DNA of 37,052 nt, from assembly GCA_037441705.1 (NCBI GenBank), contig JBBIRR010000039.1, positions 1 through 37,052 on the forward strand. Reading direction: 5' to 3'. Shown piece after piece: positions 8,822 to 18,765 of this stretch. Both the position numbers and the translations under genes were made by a program. The notes under the pieces were generated by a model. That model saw only the letters and a program-made list of their open reading frames with translations, made no database searches and was not told the DNA's origin. This stretch comes from Ignavibacteriales bacterium (GTDB taxonomy: Bacteria > Bacteroidota > Ignavibacteria > UBA10030 > UBA6906). The first letter of the stretch is position 1; each line of letters starts with the position of its first letter.

Positions 8822-9409
8822 ATGGCCAGTACACTTTCTACCATGTTGCCTCTCGGCACCGCGGCACCGGCCTTCAGTTTGCCGGATGTCCTGAGCGGCA
8901 AAACAATTTCGCTCGACACATTCAAGGACAAGAAAGCATTGCTGGTAATGTTCATCTGCCGACATTGTCCTTACGTAAAGCACATCCAGCATGAGATCGC
9001 GCGCCTCGGCAAGGACTATGCAGACAAGAACGTCGGGATTGTGGCCATCACATCGAACGATCCGCAGCAGTACCCGGAGGACGCACCCGAACGTTCTGCC
9101 GAGATGGCGAAGGAACTGGGGTTCACTTTTCCTTTTTGCTACGATGCGACGCAGGACGTCGCCAAAGCGTTCCGCGCTGCATGCACACCGGAGTTTTACA
9201 TTTTCGACGATGCGCGGCGGCTTGTCTATCGTGGGCAATTCGATGACAGCAGGCCGACGAATGCCATTCCGGTAACGGGGAAGGATGTGCGCGCTGCCCT
9301 CGATGCCGTCCTTGCCGGCACACCGGTCGAGCAGCGCCAGATTCCGAGCATAGGCTGCAACATCAAATGGAAGCCGGGGAACGAGCCGGCATATCTCAGC
9401 ATGCGGTAA
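8822..9409 (+). CDS. Thioredoxin-family (AhpC/TSA-like) protein
   Basis: [43 protein letters not shown] and SIGCNIKW. True start is probably the ATG at 8822. Confidence 0.9.
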   Translation: MASTLSTMLPLGTAAPAFSLPDVLSGKTISLDTFKDKKALLVMFICRHCPYVKHIQHEIARLGKDYADKNVGIVAITSNDPQQYPEDAPERSAEMAKELGFTFPFCYDATQDVAKAFRAACTPEFYIFDDARRLVYRGQFDDSRPTNAIPVTGKDVRAALDAVLAGTPVEQRQIPSIGCNIKWKPGNEPAYLSMR

Positions 9410-9494
9410 GATTGCACACAGGTCTGAACCGTTCACCTTCGGTGCGTTTGAAATTCAATTCATTCATTTCCCTCAACTGTCGCGATCACACATC

Positions 9495-10358
9495 ATGAAG
9501 CACAACCGCCTTATTGTTCCGCCCGGCACAACGATCTCTCTTGCGGAGTACGACCCCGGCTACACCGGTGAGTTCACATCGAAAAGCGAAGCGCAGGAGA
9601 AGCTCGAACGAGATATCGCGCGCCTTGCCGAATTGCAGGAAGTGTTGTACGCCCACAATCGTTACGCGCTGTTGCTGATTTTTCAGGCGATGGATGCGGC
9701 CGGCAAGGACAGCGTCATCAAACACGTCATGAGCGGCGTCAATCCGCAGGGGTGTCAGGTGTTCAGCTTCAAAGCGCCGTCGCAGGAAGAGCTGGATCAC
9801 GACTTCATGTGGCGGACGACCAAGGCGCTGCCCGAACGGGGGCGCATCGGTATTTTCAATCGCTCTTACTACGAGGAAGTGTTGATTGTCCGTGTCCATC
9901 CGGAGATTCTCAACTCGCAAAACATCCCCGATGAAGAGAAGAATGAGAACATCTGGCAGCACCGGTTTGACGACATCAACAACTTTGAGCGCTATCTCAC
10001 ACGCAACGGCACGGTGATTTTGAAATTCTTCCTTCACGTTTCAAAGAAGGAACAACAAGAACGTTTCCTCGAGCGCATCGAACGGCCGCAAAAGAATTGG
10101 AAGTTTTCCTTCGCCGATGTGAAGGAACGAGAGCGCTGGGACGAGTACATGCACGCATACCAGGAGATGCTGAACCACACGAGCACGTCGTGGGCCCCGT
10201 GGTACGTTATCCCGGCAGACCGCAAGTGGTTCACGCGGGCTGCCGTCGCCGACATCATTGTGGCGAAACTCGAGTCGCTCGACTTGCGATTCCCCGAGGT
10301 GAGCGAGCAGCACAGGCAGGAACTGCGATTGGCGAAAGAGATGCTGGAGCGACAGTAA
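9495..10358 (+). CDS. ppk2: Polyphosphate kinase 2 family (single-domain, class III-like)
   Basis: Walker [33 protein letters not shown] and [13 protein letters not shown]. Confidence 0.93.
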   Translation: MKHNRLIVPPGTTISLAEYDPGYTGEFTSKSEAQEKLERDIARLAELQEVLYAHNRYALLLIFQAMDAAGKDSVIKHVMSGVNPQGCQVFSFKAPSQEELDHDFMWRTTKALPERGRIGIFNRSYYEEVLIVRVHPEILNSQNIPDEEKNENIWQHRFDDINNFERYLTRNGTVILKFFLHVSKKEQQERFLERIERPQKNWKFSFADVKERERWDEYMHAYQEMLNHTSTSWAPWYVIPADRKWFTRAAVADIIVAKLESLDLRFPEVSEQHRQELRLAKEMLERQ

Positions 10359-10387
10359 CCGAAGCTCATCCACCAGATGCTCTGCGC

Positions 10388-11857
10388 TCAGTATCGTCTT
10401 CTTCTTGTCGTGCCACCCATCAAGCTGCCGAGGACCCCGCGCACAAGCTGGCGACCGATCTGGCTTCCGACGGCGCGCAGCGTGCTTTTCGCAACGGCTT
10501 CGAACATCGTGTCCGAGCGGCGCGCCGGGGCGCGAGCCGCCGTCTTCTCCTGTTGTTCGAGCGCCTCAAGTTTTGTTTCCTCCGCAAAGCGCTTCGTCAG
10601 CACTTCGTACGCCGATTCTCGATCGACAAGCTTTTCGTAGTAGCCGGCAACAAGAGAGCTTGCAATGAGCGCACGCCTCTGCTCGGGAGTAATCGGGCCG
10701 ATCTGGCTGTGCGGCGGAAGGATGAACGCGCGTTCAACAATACCCGGCGTGCCTTTGGCGTCGAGAAACGACACGAGCGCCTCGCCAACACCGAGTTCTG
10801 CAATCACTTTCTCCGCATCAAAGCGGGGATTCTGACGGAAGGTTTCGGCGGCGGCTTTCACGGCTTTCTGATCGCGGGGCGTGTAGGCGCGCAGTGCATG
10901 CTGCACGCGGTTGCCGAGCTGGCCCAGCACGATGTCCGGAATATCCAGCGGGTTCTGACTGATGAAATACACGCCGACACCCTTCGACCGAACGAGCCGC
11001 ACCACCTGCTCGATTTTCTGAAGCAGGTTCGTCGGCGCATCGGCAAACAGCAGATGAGCTTCGTCGAAGAAGAACACCAGCTTCGGCTTTTCAAGGTCGC
11101 CCACTTCAGGAAGCTGTTCGAACAATTCCGACAGCAGCCACAGCAGAAACGTCGAGTAGATCATCGGCGCGTGCAGAAGCTTCTCCGCAGCGAGGATATT
11201 GACCACGCCGCGCCCGTTGCTGTCGGTTTGCATCAGATCATCGAGATTCAATGCCGGCTCGCCGAAGAACTTTTCCCCTCCCTGTTGCTCGAGCTGCAGC
11301 AAGCCGCGCTGGATCGCTCCGATGCTTGCCGCAGAAACGTTGCCGTACTGCGTCCGGAACGCGGCGGCATTGTCGCCGACAAACTGCAGCATGGCGCGCA
11401 AGTCTTTGAGATCGAGCAGCAACAGCCCGTTATCGTCGGCAATCTTGAAGACCATGCTCAACACACCGGCCTGCGTGTCGTTCAAGTTTAACAGGCGGCT
11501 GAACAAGAGCGGCCCCATCTCCGACACAGTAGCGCGCACGGGATGCCCCAACTCGCCGAACACATCCCACACGGTCGTCGGACACCCCTCGAACGGGTAG
11601 TCTCGCAAGCCTAATTGTTTGATGCGATCGAGAACCTTCGGGTTGTTGCCGCCCGGCAGGCTTATGCCTGCAAGGTCGCCTTTCACGTCCGCCATGAACA
11701 CGGGGACGCCGATAGCGCTGAATCGTTCGGCAAGAACCTGCAGCGTGACGGTCTTGCCTGTGCCGGTCGCGCCCGCAATCAGTCCGTGACGGTTTGCCAT
11801 GTGGGGAAGGAGGTACAACTCTTTCTCACCTTTTGCGACAAGGAGTGCTTCTGCCAT
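10388..11857 (-). CDS. DUF853 / YjgR HerA-like ATPase
   Basis: [38 protein letters not shown] and [11 protein letters not shown]. Confidence 0.92.
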   Translation of the reverse strand: MAEALLVAKGEKELYLLPHMANRHGLIAGATGTGKTVTLQVLAERFSAIGVPVFMADVKGDLAGISLPGGNNPKVLDRIKQLGLRDYPFEGCPTTVWDVFGELGHPVRATVSEMGPLLFSRLLNLNDTQAGVLSMVFKIADDNGLLLLDLKDLRAMLQFVGDNAAAFRTQYGNVSAASIGAIQRGLLQLEQQGGEKFFGEPALNLDDLMQTDSNGRGVVNILAAEKLLHAPMIYSTFLLWLLSELFEQLPEVGDLEKPKLVFFFDEAHLLFADAPTNLLQKIEQVVRLVRSKGVGVYFISQNPLDIPDIVLGQLGNRVQHALRAYTPRDQKAVKAAAETFRQNPRFDAEKVIAELGVGEALVSFLDAKGTPGIVERAFILPPHSQIGPITPEQRRALIASSLVAGYYEKLVDRESAYEVLTKRFAEETKLEALEQQEKTAARAPARRSDTMFEAVAKSTLRAVGSQIGRQLVRGVLGSLMGGTTRRRRY

Positions 11858-11947
11858 GGTGGACCTTCAATTATGAGAGACAAACGTGTATTGGGAAGAT
11901 AGAGACAGAAATGGTCAGTTCAAAGTCCGTGCACGCAGCCGCAACGA

Positions 11948-12081
11948 TTACTTCGTTCGGAAGAATTCGATGCGTCGGTTCCGGGCGCGACCATCCGGAG
12001 ACGGGGCGATGTCGCGGGCTGAGCCTCTCCAAGCCGGGGGATGAGCCCAAGCAGGATCAAGCACAGAGGCAAGCGAGTCAT
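11948..12081 (-). pseudogene. Internally deleted OmpA-family gene relic (signal peptide plus out-of-frame OmpA C-terminus)
   Basis: A GGGGAA RBS-like stretch precedes ATG 12081, which gives MTRLPLCLILLGLIPRLGEA|QPATSP (signal peptide). A shifted frame gives SPDGRARNRRIEFFRTK* ending at 11948, the OmpA-like C-terminal motif. Confidence 0.6.
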
Positions 12082-12193
12082 GACGTTCCCCCATCATAAC
12101 GCGTGCAGTTGCAGATGAGGCCGAAGATTGTAGATTGATGCAGGGGCAATATATCGCATTCGAGTGGTGAGTGTCAATCGAACACGGCACGAC

Positions 12194-12646
12194 ATGAAAG
12201 GAACCGACGTTTCCGCCCGAATTTCGTACGCTCTGGTCACCGCACAGTTCGCGCTCTTAGCAGCCATTGCAGCAACAGGCCGGATCATCGCGGCGAGCTT
12301 CCCCTTGCTGCTTCTTGAAGCATCGGGCGGCGTGTTGGGGTTGTGGGCTATAGCGGTAATGCGCCCGGGACGATTCAATATCCGCCCCGAGCCGCGCGCA
12401 GACGCAGCGCTTGTGCGCAGCGGGCCGTACCGATGGCTTCGTCATCCGATGTATACGTCCGTCCTTGCAATCTCTCTTGCTGTCGTTCTCGACGCGTTCA
12501 CGCTCACAAGACTTCTGCTGTGGAGTACGTTGGCAGCGGTGATGATTGCAAAGCTGTTGCGAGAAGAGCGCCTGCTGACCGAACGCTTTCCACAGTACCG
12601 ACAGTACGCACGCGAGACGTGGCGGCTCGTCCCTTACGTCTGGTAA
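12194..12646 (+). CDS. Isoprenylcysteine carboxyl methyltransferase / PEMT-family membrane protein
   Basis: Hydrophobic helices, LVRSGPYRWLRHPMY and EERLL..RFP.Y..Y.....RLVPYVW. Confidence 0.88.
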   Translation: MKGTDVSARISYALVTAQFALLAAIAATGRIIAASFPLLLLEASGGVLGLWAIAVMRPGRFNIRPEPRADAALVRSGPYRWLRHPMYTSVLAISLAVVLDAFTLTRLLLWSTLAAVMIAKLLREERLLTERFPQYRQYARETWRLVPYVW

Positions 12647-12650
12647 GAAT

Positions 12651-13526
12651 CTACGGCGTTTTCTTTTTGAGTTTCTCGTACACTGCGCGCTCGCCGAGCA
12701 CGACGGGCAGTTGCTGCCGCTCGGCGGCTTCACGATCACGCGCGGCCAACTCCACAAACTCCTTTGCCCCGCGGTGGGTGTACACTTCTGCAACCGGCCG
12801 GTAGATGCAGTCAACAATTTTTTCGGCAATCGTTTCGGGCGGCAGCACTCCTTCCATCGGCGGAAGGGCGATGCCGCGCTCGGCCGCAATCTTCTTGATG
12901 AGGGGGCCTGATTCGGAAAACATGGGCAGCATAGGGCCTCCTTCCGTCACGCTTGCCCACTCGGTGTTCACGCCGGCCGGACAGACAACCGTTGCATGAA
13001 CGCCGGTCTCCATCAACTCCTGCCGCAGCGCCATCGTGAACCCAACAACGGCATGCTTGGCGGCGACGTACGCGCTGTTGTACGGATAGCCTAACTTCCC
13101 CGCCATGCTGGCAACGTTGATGATATGACCGCTGCCCCGGCGCTTCATATAACTCAACGCAGGCCGCACGGTGTACCACAAGGCAAACACATTCACCTTG
13201 AACATGCCGTGAATCATCTCGTCGGTGGTATCTTCCACGCTTGCAAAATGCCCGCGCCCGGCGTTGTTGATGAGAATGTCGAGACGCTTCTGGTCTTCGA
13301 TCGTTTGATGGATGAGATGTTCCGCTTCGGCCTTCACGGTGATATCTGCAGGATGGACAACGGCATGGCCTCCGGCCGCCCTGATCTGCTCGGCAAGCGC
13401 GTGGAGTCTCTCGATGCGGCGCGCCGCAAGCACCACAACAGCGCCTTCAGACGCAAGTCGCTTTGCAAGCGCCGCCCCGATGCCGGAAGACGCGCCCGTG
13501 ATGACGGCAACCTTTCCGCTCAGCAT
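12651..13526 (-). CDS. Short-chain dehydrogenase/reductase (SDR)
   Basis: TGASSGIG, NNAG, NVAS and catalytic YVAAK. Confidence 0.93.
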   Translation of the reverse strand: MLSGKVAVITGASSGIGAALAKRLASEGAVVVLAARRIERLHALAEQIRAAGGHAVVHPADITVKAEAEHLIHQTIEDQKRLDILINNAGRGHFASVEDTTDEMIHGMFKVNVFALWYTVRPALSYMKRRGSGHIINVASMAGKLGYPYNSAYVAAKHAVVGFTMALRQELMETGVHATVVCPAGVNTEWASVTEGGPMLPMFSESGPLIKKIAAERGIALPPMEGVLPPETIAEKIVDCIYRPVAEVYTHRGAKEFVELAARDREAAERQQLPVVLGERAVYEKLKKKTP

Positions 13527-13530
13527 AGTT

Positions 13531-14535
13531 TCAGTTCTCCAGGTGTTCTGAACTGCGCGGCGCCGCAGGGTGTTCCGCTATCGCGGGAAGAGTCCACGTC
13601 TGGCCGATTGCGCGCAGGGCAATGCGTTCGGTCGGGGCTGCACGCAGCAGGCGCTCCATCGGCTCGGGCGTGGGCTCCTCACTCTGAATAAACGTATTCC
13701 AATGTATCGGCAGAATGTACCGCGCATTCATCTGGTTGCTCATCTCCAGCGCCTGTTCTGGCGTGCAGTGATTGCGGATCCAGGGATCGTACGCACCGAT
13801 CGGCATCAGCGCGACGTCGATGGAAAGCTCCCGCTCGCCGAGCTTCTTGAAAAACTCTTGATACGCCGTGTCGCCGCCAAAGACAAAGTGTTTTCCGTTG
13901 GCCGAGATCAGATACGCATTGTAGCTTCGCCCGTCCCAATACCCCCGCGAGCGATCCCTCTCCCACGGATAGCGCCAGCCAAAATGCTTCACCTCCAGCG
14001 CCTCGACCCGAAGATCACCGATCAACGCGAACTCTCCCCAATCCAATTCGTACACTTCCTGAAACCCTAAGTCCTCAATCACATCGAACGTATTCTTCGC
14101 GATGACAACGGGGGTGCGGCGATCGAATTTCCGCAGCGTCGGCACATCGAGGTGATCCATGTGTGCGTGCGAAAGAAGGATCAGGTCGATCTTCGGAAGC
14201 TCATCGAAGGAGAGAGCGGGAGACACCAGCCGCCTCGGCCCGATTGTGAACAGGTTCGCCACGTTGATGCCGATCCGCTCTGAAAGCACAGGGTCGGTGA
14301 TAATCCAGCGGCCAAAAAAATTAATCAAGACGGTGGCGTGACCAATCCAGGCCGCAGTGAATTCGGAGTCACTCCACGTCTCCGGCTGAGGCTTGAAGGG
14401 CGGCCTCGACGGAGGCTCGTCGTTCATCATCATTTCCAGCCGCGTGCGGCGACGACGGACCTCCTGCCCGAACATTGACGGAAGGGACAGGAGACTCAGA
14501 GCACACATCAACAGAAAGCGGCGGCGATCAGGCAT
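13531..14535 (-). CDS. Tat-exported MBL-fold metallo-hydrolase (RomA/NAPE-PLD-like)
   Basis: Start MPDRRRFLL is a twin-arginine signal. Motifs WIGHATVL, TDPV, SHAHMDHLD, GGDTAY, PIGAY and PIHWNTF. Confidence 0.88.
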   Translation of the reverse strand: MPDRRRFLLMCALSLLSLPSMFGQEVRRRRTRLEMMMNDEPPSRPPFKPQPETWSDSEFTAAWIGHATVLINFFGRWIITDPVLSERIGINVANLFTIGPRRLVSPALSFDELPKIDLILLSHAHMDHLDVPTLRKFDRRTPVVIAKNTFDVIEDLGFQEVYELDWGEFALIGDLRVEALEVKHFGWRYPWERDRSRGYWDGRSYNAYLISANGKHFVFGGDTAYQEFFKKLGERELSIDVALMPIGAYDPWIRNHCTPEQALEMSNQMNARYILPIHWNTFIQSEEPTPEPMERLLRAAPTERIALRAIGQTWTLPAIAEHPAAPRSSEHLEN

Positions 14536-14564
14536 GGTTGGTACGACAGGCAGTTGAACGACAT

Positions 14565-14993
14565 TCAACGGCGCGGTTTCACCGTCAGCACGTGGCATGG
14601 CGCGGAACGAACGATCTTTTCCGCGACGCTGCCGACGAGCGTGCGCGCAAAACCGTTGCGCCCGTGCGTCCCCATCACGATCAGGTCCACCTTCCTCTCT
14701 TTCACCACACGAAGGATTTCCTGCTCTGCCTTGCCCGTGCGGACAATCAGGTCGGCGTTCTTCACACGCAATTGCTTCCCCGCGGCGCGCATTGCTTCGG
14801 CGGTGTGCTCGACGATGCGGCCGAGTAATTCCTTCCGAGACACTCCGAGGTGATGCGCATACACCGGAACTTCTTCCACCACATGCAGAAGAAGAACGTG
14901 TGCACGAAATTTCTTCGCAAGCTCCATCGCCGGCTTGAACGCGGCGTAGGAAGCTTTGGAGAAGTCCGTAGGCACAAGGATGCGCGTGTACAT
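14565..14993 (-). CDS. Universal stress protein (UspA family)
   Basis: RILVPTDFS, LLHV and DLIVMGTHGR......GSVAEKIVRSAPCHVLTV. Confidence 0.93.
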   Translation of the reverse strand: MYTRILVPTDFSKASYAAFKPAMELAKKFRAHVLLLHVVEEVPVYAHHLGVSRKELLGRIVEHTAEAMRAAGKQLRVKNADLIVRTGKAEQEILRVVKERKVDLIVMGTHGRNGFARTLVGSVAEKIVRSAPCHVLTVKPRR

Positions 14994-15053
14994 GCTGAGT
15001 GTCTTCCTTCAGTCGGTGGCAACAGATGTGGGGCGGTGTGTAATCGGCTCGCG

Positions 15054-15896
15054 CTACGGGGTAAGGTTCAGGCACGCAAGCAGCGTCTCCTCGTCGAGCC
15101 GAGCCACCGCGGAGCAGAGCGTGCTATCCTTTCTCCACAACACAATGGTGTACCCGTCCGGCTGAGAGAGAACGTATCGGCCTGCGGTGCCCAGTTCGCG
15201 CTGCACGTCGGGCGCAAGTTGTAGCGGCTCGCCGCTCTCCACGGTTTGCCAGCATGCCTCATAGATATAGACCAGCTCCGAGCCGTGGTGCGCGTACACC
15301 ACGTGAGCAAGCGTCTTACCCGAAAAATTGTTCAGCACCGCGCCGATGAGTTTACAGCCCTGAATGTCCGGAAAGAGTACGGGAAAGTCCGTTTTGCCCG
15401 CAAAGAACTGCTGGACATGTTCGACCTTGTCGGAAACAAGCTGCGGTTTGATGTCGCCTCGCACAACGGCCATGTAGTTTGTGAGTGATTGTTTGATCAC
15501 GTCGTTGGCAGGCAGAAGCGACGCTTCGATCGTGCGGGGGATGTTCGGAGACCGATCGGTCGTGAAGAGAAGAACGACGGCAAGACCCGCCGCCGCAAAC
15601 GCTATCGCCGGCCGAAAGGAGAACGAGGAAACGAATCGTCGCCAGAGCGGAACGGACTCTCCCGGATTCGCTGTCACGCTCTCGATCTGTTGTGTAATAG
15701 CGTGAAGGACGTGGGCGGGGGCTTGCACTCGTTTGCATCGCGCCTGCACGAAATGCCGCATCGTTCTCTCGATTTCAAACTCGCTCTTGCATTGCGGACA
15801 TTGCGCCAGATGCGCCTCAAGACTCTCGCGTTCGCCCGGCGCCAACGCGTTATCAACGGCAGCAGTAATATGCTCCTGATACTTCCTACACTCCAC
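15054..15896 (-). CDS. Zinc-binding (zf-HC2) membrane anti-sigma factor
   Basis: N-terminal C...HLAQCPQC, a single TM helix and an extracytoplasmic domain; lies directly downstream of an ECF sigma. Confidence 0.85.
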   Translation of the reverse strand: MECRKYQEHITAAVDNALAPGERESLEAHLAQCPQCKSEFEIERTMRHFVQARCKRVQAPAHVLHAITQQIESVTANPGESVPLWRRFVSSFSFRPAIAFAAAGLAVVLLFTTDRSPNIPRTIEASLLPANDVIKQSLTNYMAVVRGDIKPQLVSDKVEHVQQFFAGKTDFPVLFPDIQGCKLIGAVLNNFSGKTLAHVVYAHHGSELVYIYEACWQTVESGEPLQLAPDVQRELGTAGRYVLSQPDGYTIVLWRKDSTLCSAVARLDEETLLACLNLTP

Positions 15897-15934
15897 GGTA
15901 GCCTAACTCAAGCTGATAGCAAGATGTGCAATGA

Positions 15935-16516
15935 CTATTCTTTCGACTTTTCTTCAACATATCCGCGCTTGCGCGCATAATCCAACAGTTTCGCCCTCAA
16001 CAGCTTCCGTCCCCGATGCAGCCGCGACCGGACCGTCCCGATAGGACAATCGACGAATTCCGCGACTTCTTCATACGTCAAACCTTCGATGTCGCAGAGA
16101 ATCACCACCGTACGGAAATCCTCCGGCAGTTCGGCAATTGCCGTCGCAACATCGTCCTCGAGAAGGTTGTTGTAGAGAGTCTCCTGCAGGTCGCTGGATT
16201 CGGATGCGGTTTCGCGAACACTGTTGTAGAAGTTCTCTACTTCCTCGTACTCAACCGTCTCGGGTTCCTTTTTTTCCTTCCGATAGCGGTTGATGTACGC
16301 ATTCTTCATGATTCTGAACAACCACGCGCGGATATTCGTTCCCTTTTCATACGACTCCCAGAAGCGAAATGCCTTGAGGAACGTTTCCTGAACCAGGTCC
16401 TCCGCGTCTGCCCTGTTGTAGGTCATGCGCAGCGCGTAGTTGTAGAGGAAGTCCATGTGGGGAAGGGCCTCGTTCTGAAACTCTTGTTGTTTTTGGGTAG
16501 TGCGAACTTGTACCAT
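15935..16516 (-). CDS. ECF sigma-70 factor
   Basis: LYNYALRMT...DAEDLVQETFLKA, AWLFRI and region 4 EGLTYEEVAE.VDCPIGTVRSRLHRGR. The start could be 16516, 16528 or 16561. Confidence 0.93.
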   Translation of the reverse strand: MVQVRTTQKQQEFQNEALPHMDFLYNYALRMTYNRADAEDLVQETFLKAFRFWESYEKGTNIRAWLFRIMKNAYINRYRKEKKEPETVEYEEVENFYNSVRETASESSDLQETLYNNLLEDDVATAIAELPEDFRTVVILCDIEGLTYEEVAEFVDCPIGTVRSRLHRGRKLLRAKLLDYARKRGYVEEKSKE

Positions 16517-16594
16517 GCGCCGGCTCATTGCTCTTCGGAAAGAACGGGAAACCCTTCGCAAGGTACAACATTAGACCGCCACATTCAAGCCGCC

Positions 16595-17818
16595 TTACGC
16601 GCGGTGAAACAACTGCAGACGATCGAGCAGCTGCGACAGGGGAATCTTTTCCTCCAGAGCGAACGCGTCACTCGCAATGTGCCTCTTGTGTCCTTGAATG
16701 TTCTCCAGCGCAGCATAGGTACTCAGGTCACCGACATCGGCAATCGTAACGATAACCGGAGTCGGATTGGTGTTGGTGGGAATCGTCAGACCGATATCGA
16801 CGGGATGCGACCAGCCGGAAGGATGATCGAGAATCACATCCCGGATGATGATGTCATAGATTGCATTTCCGTTGCGCGGCAGATCCTTGTAGAGGTCGAG
16901 CTCCGCATCCTGATAGGATCCGTTGCCGATGCACCGAAGCGCCGTCAGGATGGCGACGTAATTCAGCTTGCGAATGAACTTCTTCTCGCGGTCGGCGGGC
17001 CAGTGGCCTGATTCGATGAGGACGGTGCTCGTTCCCCAGATCTGCATGTTGTCGCCGAAGGCACGCGGCTCAAAGGCGTCGTCGTAGGTAGCAATGTTGC
17101 GGGGAATGAACTGGCTGAGCACTCGCGTCATCAGCGCCGCGACGCGCATCGCACGCACACGCACCATGGGCGTGGACTTCTTCCGGTCCAGCGAGGGGGC
17201 AAGGAAGGCAATCGCCGTCACCTCCTTCGTGTCGCCGACGGTGGAAAGATCCTGGTCGTGAAGGTTGAACCCGAACGTGGGTCGCAACGTTTGCTGCAGG
17301 CGACGGAGCAGTTTCGCCTCGGGCGTCATCAGGGCGCGTGCATCACGATTCATATCAATGTTCTGCGCGGTACGGCGCTGACGGCGTTCAGCACCGTCGG
17401 GGTTCAGCATCGGCACGAAATAGAGCGTCGTCTCCTCCAACATCTCCTGGATCCAGCGCTGCTCCGCGGCTGTTCGAACCAAACAGTGAAAGAGGTCCAT
17501 GAGCGCCAGCGTTGCGGTGTATTCGTCGCCGTGCATCTGCGACCACAGAAGGATTCGCTTCGGGCCGCGGCCGGCAGTAACGAGAGAAATCTCCCTTCCT
17601 TCTAACGACCGGCCTGCTTCCTCGCAACGCAGCAGTCCCGCGCTTTGTGCCACGAGCGAACGAAGCTCCTTCTGAACCTCCGCGTGATTGCAGTTATGCG
17701 GACCCAAATGATCAAGCCGATGCTGTTCGTACGTAGCAAAGAGATGGCGGGCGAGAGTATTGGGCGTTCTCGCAACATCCGGCTTGCGTTTCGACAAAGA
17801 GAGAAGCTTCATGTACAT
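16595..17818 (-). CDS. M14 zinc carboxypeptidase family protein
   Basis: GRSLEGR, SQMHGDE (HxxE), PMLNPDG, DMNRD, NLHDQ and a downstream LIESG. Confidence 0.88.
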   Translation of the reverse strand: MYMKLLSLSKRKPDVARTPNTLARHLFATYEQHRLDHLGPHNCNHAEVQKELRSLVAQSAGLLRCEEAGRSLEGREISLVTAGRGPKRILLWSQMHGDEYTATLALMDLFHCLVRTAAEQRWIQEMLEETTLYFVPMLNPDGAERRQRRTAQNIDMNRDARALMTPEAKLLRRLQQTLRPTFGFNLHDQDLSTVGDTKEVTAIAFLAPSLDRKKSTPMVRVRAMRVAALMTRVLSQFIPRNIATYDDAFEPRAFGDNMQIWGTSTVLIESGHWPADREKKFIRKLNYVAILTALRCIGNGSYQDAELDLYKDLPRNGNAIYDIIIRDVILDHPSGWSHPVDIGLTIPTNTNPTPVIVTIADVGDLSTYAALENIQGHKRHIASDAFALEEKIPLSQLLDRLQLFHRA

Positions 17819-17943
17819 CAGCCACGAGTGGGACAGACCAAAAATGGGTGACGGAATCTACGCAATGGGAGAAGGAGAAACAATGCCGTCAAGGAGTGAC
17901 CTCATGACCATTGTCATCACGGCGCGATGAGTTTCAAGGAAAC

Positions 17944-18075
17944 TTGCCACAACCTTTAGGTCGTAGAAATGAACTCGCAACAAGAAACTTCGCGGACTTT
18001 GTCCCATGTTGTTGTGGGCTAAAGCCCCGAGTGTTTTTCTATGTTGGAAGTCCACGAGCTAAAGCTCGTAGCCAA
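17944..18075. repeat. REPIN-like inverted doublet of GCTAAAGC-loop hairpins
   Basis: ttgccacaacctttaggtcgtag (17944-17966) and ggactttgtccca (17994-18006) are imperfect reverse complements of ccacgagctaaagctcgtagccaa (18052-18075) and gggctaaagccc (18016-18027). Confidence 0.6.
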
Positions 18076-18163
18076 GCGAGGTTGGCTCGTGCCCGTTGCG
18101 TCATTCTGAAAAATCCAAAAACGCGAACGACCCTGAAACTCGAACCCTGAGCCCCAGACGAGC

Positions 18164-18256
18164 GGTCACGTAGTGACCTCACGACGATAGCCCGACCTTT
18201 CAAGGTCGGGATAGGAGTATTCGCATCATCATGACCGTCGCGTAGCGACGGAATGA
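18164..18256 (+). repeat. Three-hairpin REP/MITE-like element, copy 1
   Basis: Hairpins ggtcac-gta-gtgacc, cccgacctt-tc-aaggtcggg (18191-18210) and ccgtcgc-gta-gcgacgg (18235-18251). Repeated at 20108-20200, with a partial copy at 17888-17911. Confidence 0.8.
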
Positions 18257-18306
18257 AAAACTTTGTGATCAGGAAAGAAACGCCGAACGGAGTGTCACGG
18301 CGGCAA

Positions 18307-18510
18307 GACAAAATAGGTCGCCCCTACGGGGCTTATCTTCTTGGGGGATTGTCAATACTACAAACAGGTCGTCCCTCCGGGACTCACGGCGCGCTTCGTA
18401 AGAGTCCGTCCCTACAAACTCACGTATGCAACGCCCGCTCCGTAAGAGCAGCGCTGTTTATAGAACTCACATCCAACACACCTCTTAAGCCCCATCGGAG
18501 CGACCTGATG
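18307..18510. repeat. REP-like family ctacaaacaggtcgcccctacggggct, two forward and two inverted degenerate copies
   Basis: Forward copies at 18307-18333 and 18358-18384; inverted copies at 18437-18463 and 18488-18510. Confidence 0.6.
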
Positions 18511-18699
18511 ATGTTCCGATCCGTGAATCCTGGATCTTGCATCCTGCATCCGACGCCGAACCTCGAACCGAACCGACCTATGCCGCGGTAGGCTCACGTT
18601 CCCCCCTTCCGTCACGGCACAATGTTGTGCGCAGAAGCCGTAACGGACAAGGCATCGCAAACTGAATCTTGAATCCCGAATTTTGATTCGAAACCTCAG

Positions 18700-18739
18700 A
18701 GAAAAGGGAACGCCGCTCCGGAAAGTCCGGAACGGCGTT
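18700..18739 (-). terminator. Intrinsic terminator after the lipoprotein gene
   Basis: Stem aacgccgctccgga / tccggaacggcgtt (18709-18739), followed on the minus strand by CCCTTTTCT, about 27 nt after the stop. Confidence 0.6.
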
Positions 18740-18765
18740 AAGCGGAGAATGACCTGTCTGAGACT

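Noticed and set aside
9425-9450. TGAAC...CGTT ECF-promoter-like motif upstream of ppk2
   Set aside because: The 15-nt spacer is short of the usual 16-17, and the segment is equally explained as a small hairpin.
10097-11491. Long opposite-strand ORFs (also 2073-3017, 16016-17011, 21806-23149, 27308-28258, 30457-31776)
   Set aside because: They are antisense to well-supported genes, which is expected at this GC content.
10388-11857. HerA-like ATPase as a defence component
   Set aside because: It is the widespread DUF853/YjgR type, with host-like GC and no nuclease or SIR2 partner nearby.
14536-15075. N-terminal 180 aa of the 514-aa MBL ORF (apparent fusion)
   Set aside because: It overlaps the USP gene in another frame and is not protein-like; the real start is the Tat signal at 14535.
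17858-18660. Short ORFs in the repeat region, and the similar pair 18039-18311 / 20069-20320 (PTLKGRA)
   Set aside because: The similarity comes from translating the shared hairpin repeat; there is no HUH/Tyr transposase motif.
17860-18760. Possible CRISPR array
   Set aside because: No regularly spaced identical direct repeats with unique spacers; orientations are mixed; no cas genes.
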